A DNA stretch of 64,000 bases from the NCBI GenBank assembly GCA_051745185.1, contig JBNJDV010000001.1, forward strand, positions 745 to 64,744. The letters run 5' to 3'. The translations under genes were made by a program, and so were the position numbers. The stretch is from Bacillota bacterium (lineage in GTDB: Bacteria; Bacillota; Halanaerobiia; Halanaerobiales; M55B127). The notes beneath the pieces were generated by a model that was not told the DNA's origin, did no database searches, and saw only the letters and a list, made by a program, of their open reading frames with translations. The stretch's first letter is position 1, and every line of letters begins with the position of its first letter. Of this stretch, positions 12,459 to 24,411 are shown one piece after another.

Positions 12459-13994
12459 TTATTCCCATTCTATTGTTGCTGGTGGTTTGGAAGTAATATC
12501 ATAAACCACTCGGTTAACTTCTTTAACCTCATTTACAATTCTATTTGAAATCAGTTCTAAAAGACTATATGGAAGTTGGGCCCAATCGGCTGTCATAGCA
12601 TCATCGCTTTTTACTGCTCTTAAAATAATAGGGTATCCATAAGTTCTGTCATCACCCATTACTCCTACACTCCTTAAATCAGGTAAAACAGCAAATGACT
12701 GCCAGATCTCTCTACCTAAACCTGCTTCCCTTATTTCTTCTCTTAAAATTGCATCTGCATCTTGTAATATTTTTAGTTTTTTATCATCAACATCTCCAAT
12801 TATCCTAATTGCTAACCCTGGACCGGGAAAAGGTTGTCTCCATACGATTTCTTCAGGCAGTCCTAAAACTTCACCAATTTTTCTTACTTCATCTTTAAAA
12901 AGCATACGAAGCGGTTCAATTAGTTTGAAGTTCATGTCTTCCGGTAGACCACCTACATTATGGTGACTTTTGATTGTAGCTGCATGTTCATTGCCACTTT
13001 CAATAACATCTGAATATATAGTTCCCTGCACTAGATAACTAGCGTTTTCTATTTTTAATGCTTCTTCTTCAAATACCCTGATAAATTCTTCACCAATTAT
13101 TTTTCTTTTTTCTTCTGGATCAGATACATTTTCTAACTTTGATAAGAATCTATCTTTAGCATCAACATATATCAATGGAATATTAAACTCTTCACTAAAA
13201 GTTCTCCTAACTTCTTCAGCTTCGCCTTTTCTTAAAAGTCCGTGATCAACAAATATGCAGGTCAATTGATCTTTTATCGCCTTATATACTAATGCTGAAG
13301 CAACTGAAGAATCAACTCCACCGGAAAGTCCGCAAATTACTTGATCATCTTTAACTTCATTTTTGATTTTTTCAACCTCTTCATTTATGTAGTCTGCCAT
13401 TGTCCAATCTGCTTTTGCATTACATTCTCTAAATAGGAAGTTATGTAGTACCTCTTTTCCCTTTAAAGTATGTAGTACTTCGGGATGAAACTGAACTCCG
13501 TAATACTTTCTTTTAATATCAGCCATTACTGCAACATCAGTAACTTCTGTATGAGCAATATTTTCAAAACCATCCGGCATTTTTACAACTTGGTCTCCAT
13601 GGCTCATCCAAACCTGGGAATTATTTTCAATATCTTTTAATATACCAATTTTTTTATCAACACTTAATTTAGCTTTACCATATTCACCCTGTTTTGCTTT
13701 TTTTACTACTCCTCCGGGCATCATTTTGGCCATCAACTGCATCCCATAACAAATACCCAGTATAGGAATATCTAACCTTAATATCTCTGGGTCTATTTTA
13801 GGTGCATTTAAACTTGTTACACTATTTGGGCCACCAGAAAAGATAATTCCGATTGGATTAATTTCTTTAACTTCATCACTTTTTATACGATATGATTTTA
13901 TCATTGAATAGACATTAAACTCTCTAACTCTTCTTGCTATTAACTGACTATATTGTCCTCCAAAATCTAGTATTAATACTTTATTTTTGTCCAT
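12459..13994 (-). CDS. guaA: GMP synthase (glutamine-hydrolysing)
   Basis: 511 aa with a GATase domain (GICYGMQ), the ATP-PPase motif SGGVDSSV and the canonical C-terminus PPATIEWE. Confidence 0.97.
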   Translation of the reverse strand: MDKNKVLILDFGGQYSQLIARRVREFNVYSMIKSYRIKSDEVKEINPIGIIFSGGPNSVTSLNAPKIDPEILRLDIPILGICYGMQLMAKMMPGGVVKKAKQGEYGKAKLSVDKKIGILKDIENNSQVWMSHGDQVVKMPDGFENIAHTEVTDVAVMADIKRKYYGVQFHPEVLHTLKGKEVLHNFLFRECNAKADWTMADYINEEVEKIKNEVKDDQVICGLSGGVDSSVASALVYKAIKDQLTCIFVDHGLLRKGEAEEVRRTFSEEFNIPLIYVDAKDRFLSKLENVSDPEEKRKIIGEEFIRVFEEEALKIENASYLVQGTIYSDVIESGNEHAATIKSHHNVGGLPEDMNFKLIEPLRMLFKDEVRKIGEVLGLPEEIVWRQPFPGPGLAIRIIGDVDDKKLKILQDADAILREEIREAGLGREIWQSFAVLPDLRSVGVMGDDRTYGYPIILRAVKSDDAMTADWAQLPYSLLELISNRIVNEVKEVNRVVYDITSKPPATIEWE

Positions 13995-14022
13995 TTAAAT
14001 CTCCTTTCAAAAATAGTCAAAT

Positions 14023-14051
14023 CACAGGTTATATTATATGGTAAATTGTTT
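14023..14051 (-). promoter_or_regulatory. candidate sigma-A promoter for guaA
   Basis: On the minus strand, TTTACA, a 17-nt spacer, then TATAAT, about 30 nt upstream of the guaA SD. Confidence 0.45.
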
Positions 14052-14061
14052 AAAATGTAAA

Positions 14062-14099
14062 TAAAAAAAGTGGTATACCCATTTAATAGGTACACCACT
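14062..14099 (-). terminator. rho-independent terminator of groES-groEL
   Basis: Minus-strand RNA reads AGUGGUGUACC-(9-nt loop)-GGUAUACCACU followed by U7. The single imperfect position is a G-U pair only on the minus-strand transcript. Confidence 0.65.
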
Positions 14100-14129
14100 T
14101 TATCATGTCTTTATTAAGCTAGATGGAAA

Positions 14130-15800
<1,671 letters not shown>

Positions 15801-15841
15801 TTAATAAACCCTCCTTAAAGAATTAGAAATTGTTAATGTAA

Positions 15842-16123
15842 TTAACCAATTACAGCAACAATGTCATCAATGTTTACTATTTTATATTCTACACCTTCAA
15901 CTGTTACTTCTGTGCCTGCGAATTTATCAAATACAACCATGTCTCCTTCGTTTAATTCAGCAGTTTCGTCTTCAGTATAGCAGTCTTTACCTACTGCATA
16001 CACTTCACCAGTTTGTGGCTTTTCCTTCTTAGCTGTATCTGGTATTACAATACCACCTTCTGTTTTTTCTTCTCTTTCCACTAATTTTACTGCAACTCTG
16101 TCACCTAACGGCTTAACACTCAT
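15842..16123 (-). CDS. groES: co-chaperonin GroES
   Basis: 93 aa, starting KPLGDRVAVKL, with mobile-loop and GroES-fold patterns. It lies directly upstream of groEL. Confidence 0.97.
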   Translation of the reverse strand: MSVKPLGDRVAVKLVEREEKTEGGIVIPDTAKKEKPQTGEVYAVGKDCYTEDETAELNEGDMVVFDKFAGTEVTVEGVEYKIVNIDDIVAVIG

Positions 16124-16174
16124 TTAATGTACCCCCTTTAATTTTATATATAATTATATAATTTATATCTGTTA

Positions 16175-16201
16175 TTAGCACTCATTTGAGTTGAGTGCTA
16201 A
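16175..16201 (-). promoter_or_regulatory. CIRCE operator (HrcA binding site)
   Basis: Exact match to the consensus TTAGCACTC-N9-GAGTGCTAA, between the promoter and the groES SD. Confidence 0.92.
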
Positions 16202-16215
16202 TAATTACTGTATTA

Positions 16216-16244
16216 ATAATATCTAAGTATCAAATTAAAATCAA
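16216..16244 (-). promoter_or_regulatory. candidate sigma-A promoter of groESL
   Basis: On the minus strand, TTGATT, a 17-nt spacer, then TATTAT, immediately upstream of CIRCE. Confidence 0.5.
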
Positions 16245-16336
16245 CCGTATATATAACATCTTAATGCCCTTTAAGTTAATTTAATGCTTAGATGCTTACG
16301 TATATTAACTTTTTCTCCCATAAGCTCTGTTATTCA

Positions 16337-17686
16337 TCAAATTATTTCAACTTCTATTCCAAGCTTTTTTTTAATCATTTTATAGTTATTACCAACCAAA
16401 TCATTATTGAACACATCATACATTATTTTAGGCAAAACAATTAGGTCAACAAAATGATTTGAATAGTTTTTGAAGAAATTAATTATATCATGGTTTGTAA
16501 GGAGACCTGCAGATAATATAGATCCTTTTAAATATGTGTTGTTAACTTTTTTTACTAATATGTTGTCATTATTTTTAAAGTTTAAATAATCATTTATGGT
16601 AAAGTTTATCAGTTCATACCCTAAATTAGATGTCAAAAAAAGAATTGATTTATCTTCATTATTATCAATAACCCTTTTAATTGAAGATATTTCATCTAAA
16701 GACAGATCATAATCTAAGATAATTCCTGATTTTTGATCTTTTTCTATTTTTAATTTTTTAGTTAGTATTTTATCTTTTCTTTTTATATCTAACACTGGAT
16801 TTTTTATAGACCTTATTTTGTTAAAAGCATCTACTCTAGTAATTACCTTTTTTTTGTCTACATTAATTATCTTATCCATGTACTTTATATTTGCTTTATC
16901 AGCCGGACTGTCTTTAATTACTCCAATAATTTCTTTAACAAAGTTTTTTAATTTTGGTGGTTCTATAATAACGGGTATATTATGATTAATATTAATCTTT
17001 TTTATTAGGTTATATAATTCACTATATACTTCGTTGAAATCAAATTTTAGTTCATCAGTAGTATTTTTAGTAAAACCAGGCATAAATATCCTTATACTCT
17101 GTGGGTTATATTCCATCATGTTAATAATTTCTTTTTCTAAAATTTCATATCCAACAACTTTTGGTAGTGCAACCATACTAAAATTATAATTTAAATTAAA
17201 CTTTTTTATTATTTTAAGGACATCTTTTATATTTTCATTACAGTTTTTCCCCATGATCTTTTTTCTTAACTTTGGATTTAAGTAATTAACCGATATATTT
17301 AATGTTAAATTTTTGATTTTTTTTAAAAAAACTAATAACTCATTGTCTAATAAATCTGCATTAGTAGTTATCTTTATTTCTGTATTTATATATTTTTTTC
17401 TTATCATATTAATTACTTCTTTAAAATATGGGTATAATAATGGTTCACCTTCAATTATTTTTGTAGCTGATTCACCGATAATAATTGGTCTGCTTGGATC
17501 TAAAAAATCAATTAATTCAAATATCTTTTTCTTTTTTAAACTACCTATACTTATTGCTTCAAAATCTGATGGATTTTGTTTATGACTACAAAAAATACAG
17601 GATAGATTACATTTTGATGTTAAAGGCAAAATGTTATCTTCCTGTACACTTTTATATATATAATATTGTTTTTCATTTTCAAACAT
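16337..17686 (-). CDS. radical SAM protein of unknown function
   Basis: Contains the CxxxCxxC motif CNLSCIFC near the N-terminus, plus EGEPLLYP. The C-terminal ~230 aa are N/K/I-rich and unrecognised. I set the start to ATG 17686 (SD AGGTGA overlapping the tsaD stop). Confidence 0.75.
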   Translation of the reverse strand: MFENEKQYYIYKSVQEDNILPLTSKCNLSCIFCSHKQNPSDFEAISIGSLKKKKIFELIDFLDPSRPIIIGESATKIIEGEPLLYPYFKEVINMIRKKYINTEIKITTNADLLDNELLVFLKKIKNLTLNISVNYLNPKLRKKIMGKNCNENIKDVLKIIKKFNLNYNFSMVALPKVVGYEILEKEIINMMEYNPQSIRIFMPGFTKNTTDELKFDFNEVYSELYNLIKKININHNIPVIIEPPKLKNFVKEIIGVIKDSPADKANIKYMDKIINVDKKKVITRVDAFNKIRSIKNPVLDIKRKDKILTKKLKIEKDQKSGIILDYDLSLDEISSIKRVIDNNEDKSILFLTSNLGYELINFTINDYLNFKNNDNILVKKVNNTYLKGSILSAGLLTNHDIINFFKNYSNHFVDLIVLPKIMYDVFNNDLVGNNYKMIKKKLGIEVEII

Positions 17687-17695
17687 TTCAATCAC

Positions 17696-18712
17696 CTAAA
17701 GTTTTAGATTAGGATCTGCATTTAAGTCGTGGTTTGCAAAATCCTTTTTTAAATACTGATAATATGCTACAGTACTTATCATTGCCGCATTATCAGTACA
17801 AAGCTTCATTTCGGGAAAATATAGTGGTATACCATGTTCTTTTAAACTACTTTTAAGGACTTCTCTAAACCTTTTATTTGCAGCAACTCCCCCGGATAAA
17901 ATAACACTTTCTGCATCTTTGCTCAATGCTGCTTTTATAGTTTTGTCAGTTAAAATATCAATTACAGCTTTTTGAAAGCTGGCAGCTATATCATTGATAT
18001 TCAGTTCTTTATTTTTTTGTTTTTGATTGTGTATATAGTTAATTACTGCAGTCTTTAAACCACTAAAACTAAAGTCATAGTTATCCTTATCAATAAAAGG
18101 TCTTGGAAAATCAATAGCTTTTTCATTACCATCTTTTGCTTTTTGTTCAATAACTGGGCCACCCGGATAACCAAGTCCTAAATATCTAGCAATTTTATCA
18201 AAAGCCTCTCCAGCTGCATCATCTTTAGTTCTTCCCAATATTTCATAGTCACCATATTCTTTAAAATACAGTAAGTCAGTATGTCCACCTGATACAGTAA
18301 GACATACAATCGGTGACTTTATATCTTCTTTTGAAATGAAATTCGCATAAATATGACCTGCAATATGGTTTACACCGATAAATGGTTTATCTAAAGCTAA
18401 GGAAAGTGCTTTAGCATAAGATAAGCCAACAAGTAATGAACCTACTAAACCAGGTCCATAGGTGGCTGCTATGGCATCAATATCTTTAAGTTTAAGGTTT
18501 GATTCTTCAACTGCTTTTTCAACAACAGGGGTTATAAACTCCATATGTTTACGTGAAGCTATTTCTGGTACAACTCCACCATATTTTTTATGCCAGTCTA
18601 TTTGTGATGCTACAACACTTGATAGTATATTAAGTCCATCTTCACTGACAGCTGCAGCAGTTTCATCACATGATGTTTCAATTGCAAGTATTTTAATATT
18701 TTTATCACTCAT
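17696..18712 (-). CDS. tsaD: tRNA N6-adenosine threonylcarbamoyltransferase TsaD
   Basis: 338 aa, with ILAIETSCDETAAAV and the HIAGH metal site (NHIAGHIYA), as in Kae1/TsaD. Confidence 0.95.
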   Translation of the reverse strand: MSDKNIKILAIETSCDETAAAVSEDGLNILSSVVASQIDWHKKYGGVVPEIASRKHMEFITPVVEKAVEESNLKLKDIDAIAATYGPGLVGSLLVGLSYAKALSLALDKPFIGVNHIAGHIYANFISKEDIKSPIVCLTVSGGHTDLLYFKEYGDYEILGRTKDDAAGEAFDKIARYLGLGYPGGPVIEQKAKDGNEKAIDFPRPFIDKDNYDFSFSGLKTAVINYIHNQKQKNKELNINDIAASFQKAVIDILTDKTIKAALSKDAESVILSGGVAANKRFREVLKSSLKEHGIPLYFPEMKLCTDNAAMISTVAYYQYLKKDFANHDLNADPNLKL

Positions 18713-19163
18713 TTTTTAACTCCTTTATCATTAATATAGCATCTTCTTTATTATCAAGATAGTAGTTGGGTACAATATTTGATTTGATAAAGTCTAACTT
18801 TTTATATAAATTTATAGCTTTTTCGTTAGATGCTCTCACTTCCAAAGTTATTTTATTAAAATTAATTGTTTCTGCCATATTAATAATTTCATTAATTAAA
18901 TAAGTCGCTATATTTTTTCTTCTGTATTCTTTTTTTATAGCCAGGTTTACAATATGTATTTCTTTTACATTGTCTTTGAACCAACAGCCTGCATATCCTA
19001 CAATTTTTTTATTGATTTTAGCAGTTAGATAAAGAGAAAATGTATTATAATTTAATTCTTCTCTGAAAAATTTTACATTCCAGGGATTGGAAAAAGCTTC
19101 TTTTTCAATTTTAATTATTTGATTAAGGTCAGCTTCTTTCATAACATCTAGAAATACTTCCAT
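18705..19163 (-). CDS. rimI: ribosomal-protein-alanine N-acetyltransferase (GNAT)
   Basis: GNAT fold pattern (IAIKKEYRRKNIATYLI). It lies between tsaB and tsaD, as in the conserved t6A operon. Confidence 0.85.
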   Translation of the reverse strand: MEVFLDVMKEADLNQIIKIEKEAFSNPWNVKFFREELNYNTFSLYLTAKINKKIVGYAGCWFKDNVKEIHIVNLAIKKEYRRKNIATYLINEIINMAETINFNKITLEVRASNEKAINLYKKLDFIKSNIVPNYYLDNKEDAILMIKELKNE

Positions 19164-19164
19164 C

Positions 19165-19884
19165 TTAATCCTCCCTTAAATACTTTTTCTCCCAATTTAT
19201 TCTCGCCTGAGGTTTTTTTAGATATTTTGGTGTTAGTTCTTCGATATTTGAAGAAATACCGTTTTTTAAATATCTATACCCTATTAAAGATAAATTAAAA
19301 CCACCATAGTTTTGAATGTTTTTAACAATTTTTATTTTGTCATCCTTAAGTTCAGAGAAATACCTATAATTATTATCAATACCTGATCCGAACAATATCA
19401 TCTTTTGTTTGAACTTTTTATTAAACTCCATGATATCAGCGATATTTACAGCCTGGTCTTTTTTTAGCCTTTTTAAAAACTCTTCATTACTAACATCTTT
19501 AAAAACTGCAGTATATACTCTTTGGTTGCGAGCATCAATAGTAGGTACTAAAATTGAGTTCTCATAATGCTCTGAAAGAACAAATGCCATATATTCTAAG
19601 GTTGAAATAGAATATATCGGAACATCTAAGGCCATCTTAAAAGCCTGTACTGTACTTAAACCTATCCTTAAACCGGTAAATGAACCCGGACCATTAGTTA
19701 CTACTATACCATCTAAATCATTTAATTTTAAACCTGTTTCAAATAAAAGTCTTTTTATAATTGGTAAAAGTCTTTCACTGTGCCTTCTTTTTAACTTTAT
19801 ATTTATTTCTCCAATAAACTTCCCTTTATTGTTTAATCCAACTGAGCAGATATCTGTACTTGTATCAATTCCTAAAATCAACAT
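19165..19884 (-). CDS. tsaB: tRNA threonylcarbamoyladenosine biosynthesis protein TsaB
   Basis: Starts [10 protein letters not shown] and contains GPGSFTGLRIG, the TsaB (YeaZ) pattern. Confidence 0.9.
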   Translation of the reverse strand: MLILGIDTSTDICSVGLNNKGKFIGEINIKLKRRHSERLLPIIKRLLFETGLKLNDLDGIVVTNGPGSFTGLRIGLSTVQAFKMALDVPIYSISTLEYMAFVLSEHYENSILVPTIDARNQRVYTAVFKDVSNEEFLKRLKKDQAVNIADIMEFNKKFKQKMILFGSGIDNNYRYFSELKDDKIKIVKNIQNYGGFNLSLIGYRYLKNGISSNIEELTPKYLKKPQARINWEKKYLRED

Positions 19885-20359
19885 TTGTTTTCAGTCCTTC
19901 AATTATTTTTTTACTAAGATTACCTTCAGCCTTTAATATTATTTTCCTTTCATTCTCTGACACTCTTTTGATTTTTATATATAAAAAGTCGTCTGAAATA
20001 TAATCAAAGACCAACTGGGGCCATTCGACTGCTTTTATATCATTTCTAGCAATATATTCTTCGATCCCTAAATCTAAAAGTTCTTCTTTAGTATCTATAC
20101 GATAAAAATCCATGTGTAACAAACCTGGATTGTTTTCATATTCATTGATCAAATTAAAAGTAGGGCTAGTAATTTCAAAATCAATACCCAAGCCCTCTGC
20201 AATACCTTTAACTAATACAGTTTTTCCGGCTCCAAGATCACCGGTTAAAAGAATAATCTGAGAAAAAAGATTCTTGTCTTTTTTTATTATTTCAGCAATT
20301 ATTCTACCTATTGATTTTGTTTTTTTAAAATCATTAGTTATTAATTCCAAAAATTTCAC
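19865..20359 (-). CDS. tsaE: tRNA threonylcarbamoyladenosine biosynthesis ATPase TsaE
   Basis: Contains Walker A GDLGAGKT and [10 protein letters not shown]...HMDFYR, the TsaE (YjeE) pattern. Confidence 0.9.
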   Translation of the reverse strand: MKFLELITNDFKKTKSIGRIIAEIIKKDKNLFSQIILLTGDLGAGKTVLVKGIAEGLGIDFEITSPTFNLINEYENNPGLLHMDFYRIDTKEELLDLGIEEYIARNDIKAVEWPQLVFDYISDDFLYIKIKRVSENERKIILKAEGNLSKKIIEGLKTNVDFRN

Positions 20360-20429
20360 TTCCTTAATTTCTTAACTGTATATTTATTAGCTATTAACAT
20401 TATACTTGAGAAAGTTTTTTAAATCAAGA

Positions 20430-20456
20430 AACCCCATATCAAATTGATATGGGGCT
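20430..20456 (-). terminator. rho-independent terminator after hydA
   Basis: Hairpin CCCCAUAUC-AAUUU-GAUAUGGGG followed by the U-rich UUUCUUGAUUU, about 27 nt after the hydA stop. Confidence 0.5.
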
Positions 20457-20482
20457 AAATAAACTATATTGCTCTATTTTTA

Positions 20483-22204
20483 CTAATTTTTGGCTCTCTC
20501 TTTAAACCCTGTATGAAGTAGTTGATGTGAAAGTTCACTATTTGGTTCTTTTAAATATTCATCATATAACTTTTTAATCATAGGATTTTCATGTGACTTT
20601 CTAACAACACTTTTTTCATCTGTATTTGCTAATCCTTGTCCTCTAAGTACTTTCTTTTCTTCACTTATTGGTAATGGTTGACCTCCACCACCGACACATC
20701 CGTGTGGACAGGCCATTACTTCAATAAAGTCATATTCTGATTTGTTTTCTCTTACTTCATCAAGTAGTTTTTCTGCATTTCTTAATCCATTTGCTATTGC
20801 AACTTTAACTACTTTATCTCCAATTTCAACTTCAGCACTATTTACACCTTTAAATCCTAGGTTAAGTCTCTCTAATTCTTCGCCAGTAACTTTTTCTTTT
20901 ACAGTTCTTACCGCAGCTTCTGCCACCCCACCAGTGGTACCAAAGATTGTTCCGGCACCAGTGTGTTTACCCATTAACTCATCATAATCATCATCTTTTA
21001 GATTTTTGAATTGAATTCCTACTTCTTTAATCATCCGAGCAAGTTCTCTAGTTGTTAATACTGCATCAGTATCTTTAAATTTAGTAGCATTAATCTCTTC
21101 TCTTTCTTTTTCAAACTTCTTAGCTGTACAGGGCATTATTGATACTGTATATATCTTTTCCGGATCAATACCGGTTTTTTCAGCATAGTAAGTCTTTGAT
21201 AATGCAGAAAACATCTGTTGTGGTGATTTTGCAGAAGATAAATGGTTTAATAAATCTGGATAGTTATGTTCTGCATATTTAACCCAACCTGGACAACATG
21301 ATGTTATATGTGGAAGGTTCTTATTTTCTGTAAGTCTTTTTAGAAATTCTGAACCCTCTTCTAAAATAGTTAGGTCAGCAGTAAATTCTGTAGAAAATAC
21401 ACTGTCAAAACCTAATTTTCTTAAAGCAGAAACTAACTTCCCAGTAACTACCGAACCTGGTTCATATCCAAATTCTTCACCAATTGTAGCCTGAATTGAA
21501 GGTGCTGTCTGAACAACCACATGTATATTATCATCTTCAAGAGCATGCCATACATTTTTGATTTCACTGACCTCTGTAATAGCACCCACTGGACAAACTG
21601 TTGCACATTGACCACAGTTGGCACAGTTAATTTCACTTTGCGGTAAATCAAATGCTGTAGTAACAATAGAATCAAAACCTCTATTACTAAACTGTAAGGC
21701 AGAAACTCCCTGAACTTCTTCACAGACCCTTACACATCTACCACATAAAATACATTTATTTGGATCTCTTTTTAAAGCTGGTCCAACTTCATCACGGGGT
21801 ACCTCCCGTACCTGACCTGCAATTTCATCTACATCTTCTCTGGCAATACCTAAACTGTGTGTTATATCCTGTAGTTCACAACTTCCATTACGATCACAAC
21901 CTAAACAATCATTAGGATGGTTAGCTAAAAGTAGTATTACATTTCTTCTTCTTGCTCTTCTAGCTTTCATGCTGGTTGTACTAATTTTCATCCCTTCAGT
22001 AACAGGTGTTACACATGAAGCAACTAATGAATTACTTTCTAAATCTTCTACAACACAAACCCGGCAAGCACCATGGAGTGTTAAATCTGGATGGTAACAT
22101 AGATATGGTACATCTATTCCAACTTCTTTAGCAGCTTCAAGTACTGATGTTCCTTTTTCTACTTCAACTTTTTGATCATCTATAATTAAACTTACTTTTT
22201 CCAT
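20483..22204 (-). CDS. hydA: [FeFe]-hydrogenase catalytic subunit (HydA of HydABC/Hnd type)
   Basis: 573 aa with an N-terminal 2Fe-2S ferredoxin-like domain, several 4Fe-4S motifs, and all three H-cluster motifs intact: TSCCPGW, MPCTAKKFE and EVMACPHGCVGGGGQP. Confidence 0.93.
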   Translation of the reverse strand: MEKVSLIIDDQKVEVEKGTSVLEAAKEVGIDVPYLCYHPDLTLHGACRVCVVEDLESNSLVASCVTPVTEGMKISTTSMKARRARRRNVILLLANHPNDCLGCDRNGSCELQDITHSLGIAREDVDEIAGQVREVPRDEVGPALKRDPNKCILCGRCVRVCEEVQGVSALQFSNRGFDSIVTTAFDLPQSEINCANCGQCATVCPVGAITEVSEIKNVWHALEDDNIHVVVQTAPSIQATIGEEFGYEPGSVVTGKLVSALRKLGFDSVFSTEFTADLTILEEGSEFLKRLTENKNLPHITSCCPGWVKYAEHNYPDLLNHLSSAKSPQQMFSALSKTYYAEKTGIDPEKIYTVSIMPCTAKKFEKEREEINATKFKDTDAVLTTRELARMIKEVGIQFKNLKDDDYDELMGKHTGAGTIFGTTGGVAEAAVRTVKEKVTGEELERLNLGFKGVNSAEVEIGDKVVKVAIANGLRNAEKLLDEVRENKSEYDFIEVMACPHGCVGGGGQPLPISEEKKVLRGQGLANTDEKSVVRKSHENPMIKKLYDEYLKEPNSELSHQLLHTGFKERAKN

Positions 22205-22222
22205 TTAGTATTTACCTCCTTT

Positions 22223-24025
22223 TTAACCCTGTGATATTGCATCAACCGGGCATTTTTTCTCACAAGCTCCACAAGAAATACAAACCGCTTCATCTATAAT
22301 ATAGTACTTTCCATCACCTTTACTAATTGCATCAACCGGACATACTTTAACACACTGTCCACAGGCAACACAAGCTTCAAAATTAATTTTATATGCTGAA
22401 GCTAATTCCTGACAGCTTCCAGCTGGGCATTTCTTGTCATTTATATGGGCTTCATATTCATTTCTAAAGTACTGAATAGTACTTAATACAGGATTAGGAG
22501 CAGTTTGTCCTAAGCCGCAAAGAGAAGTTCCTTTTATATGTTCACCTAGTTCTTCTAAAAGTTCAATATCTCCCTGTTTTCCTTCACCTTCACAGATTCT
22601 GTTAAGAATTTCTAACATCCTTTTAGTCCCTTCTCTACAGGGAGTGCATTTACCACAAGACTCACTTTGAGTAAAGGTTAAAAAGAATCTAGCAACATCT
22701 ACCATACAAGTGCTTTCATCCATTACAACCATACCACCTGAACCCATCATTGCTCCTACCTCGATTAATGAATCATAATCTATTGGTAAATCAAGGTATT
22801 CTTCAGGTATACATCCCCCTGATGGTCCACCGGTTTGAATAGCTTTATACTTCTTATCTTCAGTAAGTCCTCCACCTATGTCAAATACAACTTCTCGTAA
22901 TGTAGTACCCATTGGTACTTCTACAAGTCCTGTATTTTTTATTTTACCTGTTAATGCAAATACTTTAGTTCCTTTACTGTTTTCTGTACCAATAGATGAA
23001 AACATCTCAGAACCTTCATTTATTATATAGGGTATATTTGCAAATGTTTCAACATTGTTTATATTGGTCGGTTTACCCCATAATCCCTTTGTGGCAGGAT
23101 AAGGAGGTCTAGGGTTAGGCATACCTCTCTTGCCTTCTATTGATGCCATTAAGGCGGTCTCTTCACCACATACAAATGCTCCGGCTCCCTTTTTGATGTG
23201 TAATTCAAAGTTAAAGCCAGAACCAAAAATATCTGTACCTAAAAGTCCTAACTCTTTTGCATCATTAATAGCTTTTTTAAGTCTTTCGATTGCAAGTGGA
23301 TATTCGGCACGAACATATACATAACCTTCGTCTGCTCCGATTGCATAACCTGCAATAATCATTCCTTCTATTATTTTATGAGGGTCACCCTCTAAAATAC
23401 TACGGTCCATAAATGCACCCGGGTCACCTTCATCTGCATTACAAATTACATACTTTTTATCACTTTCACTATCAGATGCAAACTGCCATTTTAGGCCGGT
23501 GGGAAAACCTCCTCCACCACGTCCTCTAAGACCGGAATTTTTAACCTCTTCAATTATTTCTTCAGGTGTCATCTCAGTTAATGCTTTTCCTGCTGCTTCA
23601 TAACCGTTATTTGCTATGTATTCTTCTATACTTTCCGGGTTTATCTTTCCACAGTTAGAAAGTGCAATTCTGTGTTGCTTTTTATAGAAATCTATATCTG
23701 TATAAGAAGGGATGCTTTTTTCTGTTAATGGTTCTTTAAATAATAGTCTTTCAACAACTCTTCCCTTTAAGAGATGTTCATCTACTATTTCTGCTACATC
23801 TTCTTGTTTAACCTGACAGTAAAAAACTCCCTCAGGATAAATAACTAAAATTGGTCCTTTTTCACAAAAACCATGACAGCCAGTTTCAACGATTTTAATC
23901 TCATCTAGTAAGTTTTTATCTGCTAGTTCATCCTGTAATTCATGCTTGATCTTTTTTGAACCGGAAGAAACACAACCAGTACCGGTACAAATTAAGATAT
24001 GTGATCTATATATTGAATCCTTCAA
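22223..24025 (-). CDS. hydB: NuoF-like NAD(P)H-binding flavoprotein subunit of the hydrogenase (HydB)
   Basis: 600 aa with an N-terminal thioredoxin-like 2Fe-2S domain, the FMN/NADH site GLRGRGGGGFPTG, the N3 cluster ESCGKCTPCREG and a C-terminal 2x[4Fe-4S] ferredoxin. Confidence 0.93.
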   Translation of the reverse strand: MKDSIYRSHILICTGTGCVSSGSKKIKHELQDELADKNLLDEIKIVETGCHGFCEKGPILVIYPEGVFYCQVKQEDVAEIVDEHLLKGRVVERLLFKEPLTEKSIPSYTDIDFYKKQHRIALSNCGKINPESIEEYIANNGYEAAGKALTEMTPEEIIEEVKNSGLRGRGGGGFPTGLKWQFASDSESDKKYVICNADEGDPGAFMDRSILEGDPHKIIEGMIIAGYAIGADEGYVYVRAEYPLAIERLKKAINDAKELGLLGTDIFGSGFNFELHIKKGAGAFVCGEETALMASIEGKRGMPNPRPPYPATKGLWGKPTNINNVETFANIPYIINEGSEMFSSIGTENSKGTKVFALTGKIKNTGLVEVPMGTTLREVVFDIGGGLTEDKKYKAIQTGGPSGGCIPEEYLDLPIDYDSLIEVGAMMGSGGMVVMDESTCMVDVARFFLTFTQSESCGKCTPCREGTKRMLEILNRICEGEGKQGDIELLEELGEHIKGTSLCGLGQTAPNPVLSTIQYFRNEYEAHINDKKCPAGSCQELASAYKINFEACVACGQCVKVCPVDAISKGDGKYYIIDEAVCISCGACEKKCPVDAISQG

Positions 24026-24045
24026 TGTTATATACCTCCTTTATG

Positions 24046-24411
24046 TTATTCTTCTAACCTTGCTATAACAAGATCGTCTACAACATTTCCATTTATAATA
24101 TGATTTACAATAATTTTTTTAACATCATCTTTAGTTAAGTTCCCGTAAGTAATCCTGTCTTTTCCAGGTAGTTGAACATCCATTAACGGTTCTTTTTCAC
24201 ACATGCCGATACAACCTGTTTGGGTTACCTCTAGGTCTAAGTCTCTTTTATCAATCTCTTCCATTACAGTTTTTAAAATATCTCTAGCACCAGCAGCAAT
24301 ACCACAGGTACCCATACCAATTATTATCTTTGGTTTATTTAATCCTTTACGCATCTCAATATCTTTTTCTACTTTTTTCCTTAAGTCTCTTAATTCTTCT
24401 AATGATTTCAA
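24046..24411 (-). CDS. thioredoxin-like [2Fe-2S] ferredoxin domain protein
   Basis: 121 aa with the Cys pattern GTCGIAAGA...GCIGMCEKEP. It lies between the GHKL ATPase gene and hydB. Confidence 0.8.
   Translation of the reverse strand: MKSLEELRDLRKKVEKDIEMRKGLNKPKIIIGMGTCGIAAGARDILKTVMEEIDKRDLDLEVTQTGCIGMCEKEPLMDVQLPGKDRITYGNLTKDDVKKIIVNHIINGNVVDDLVIARLEE

Noticed and set aside
21448-21723. Minus-strand 91-aa ORF in a second frame inside hydA.
   Set aside because: It is out of frame within a well-supported hydA coding region and has no independent signals.
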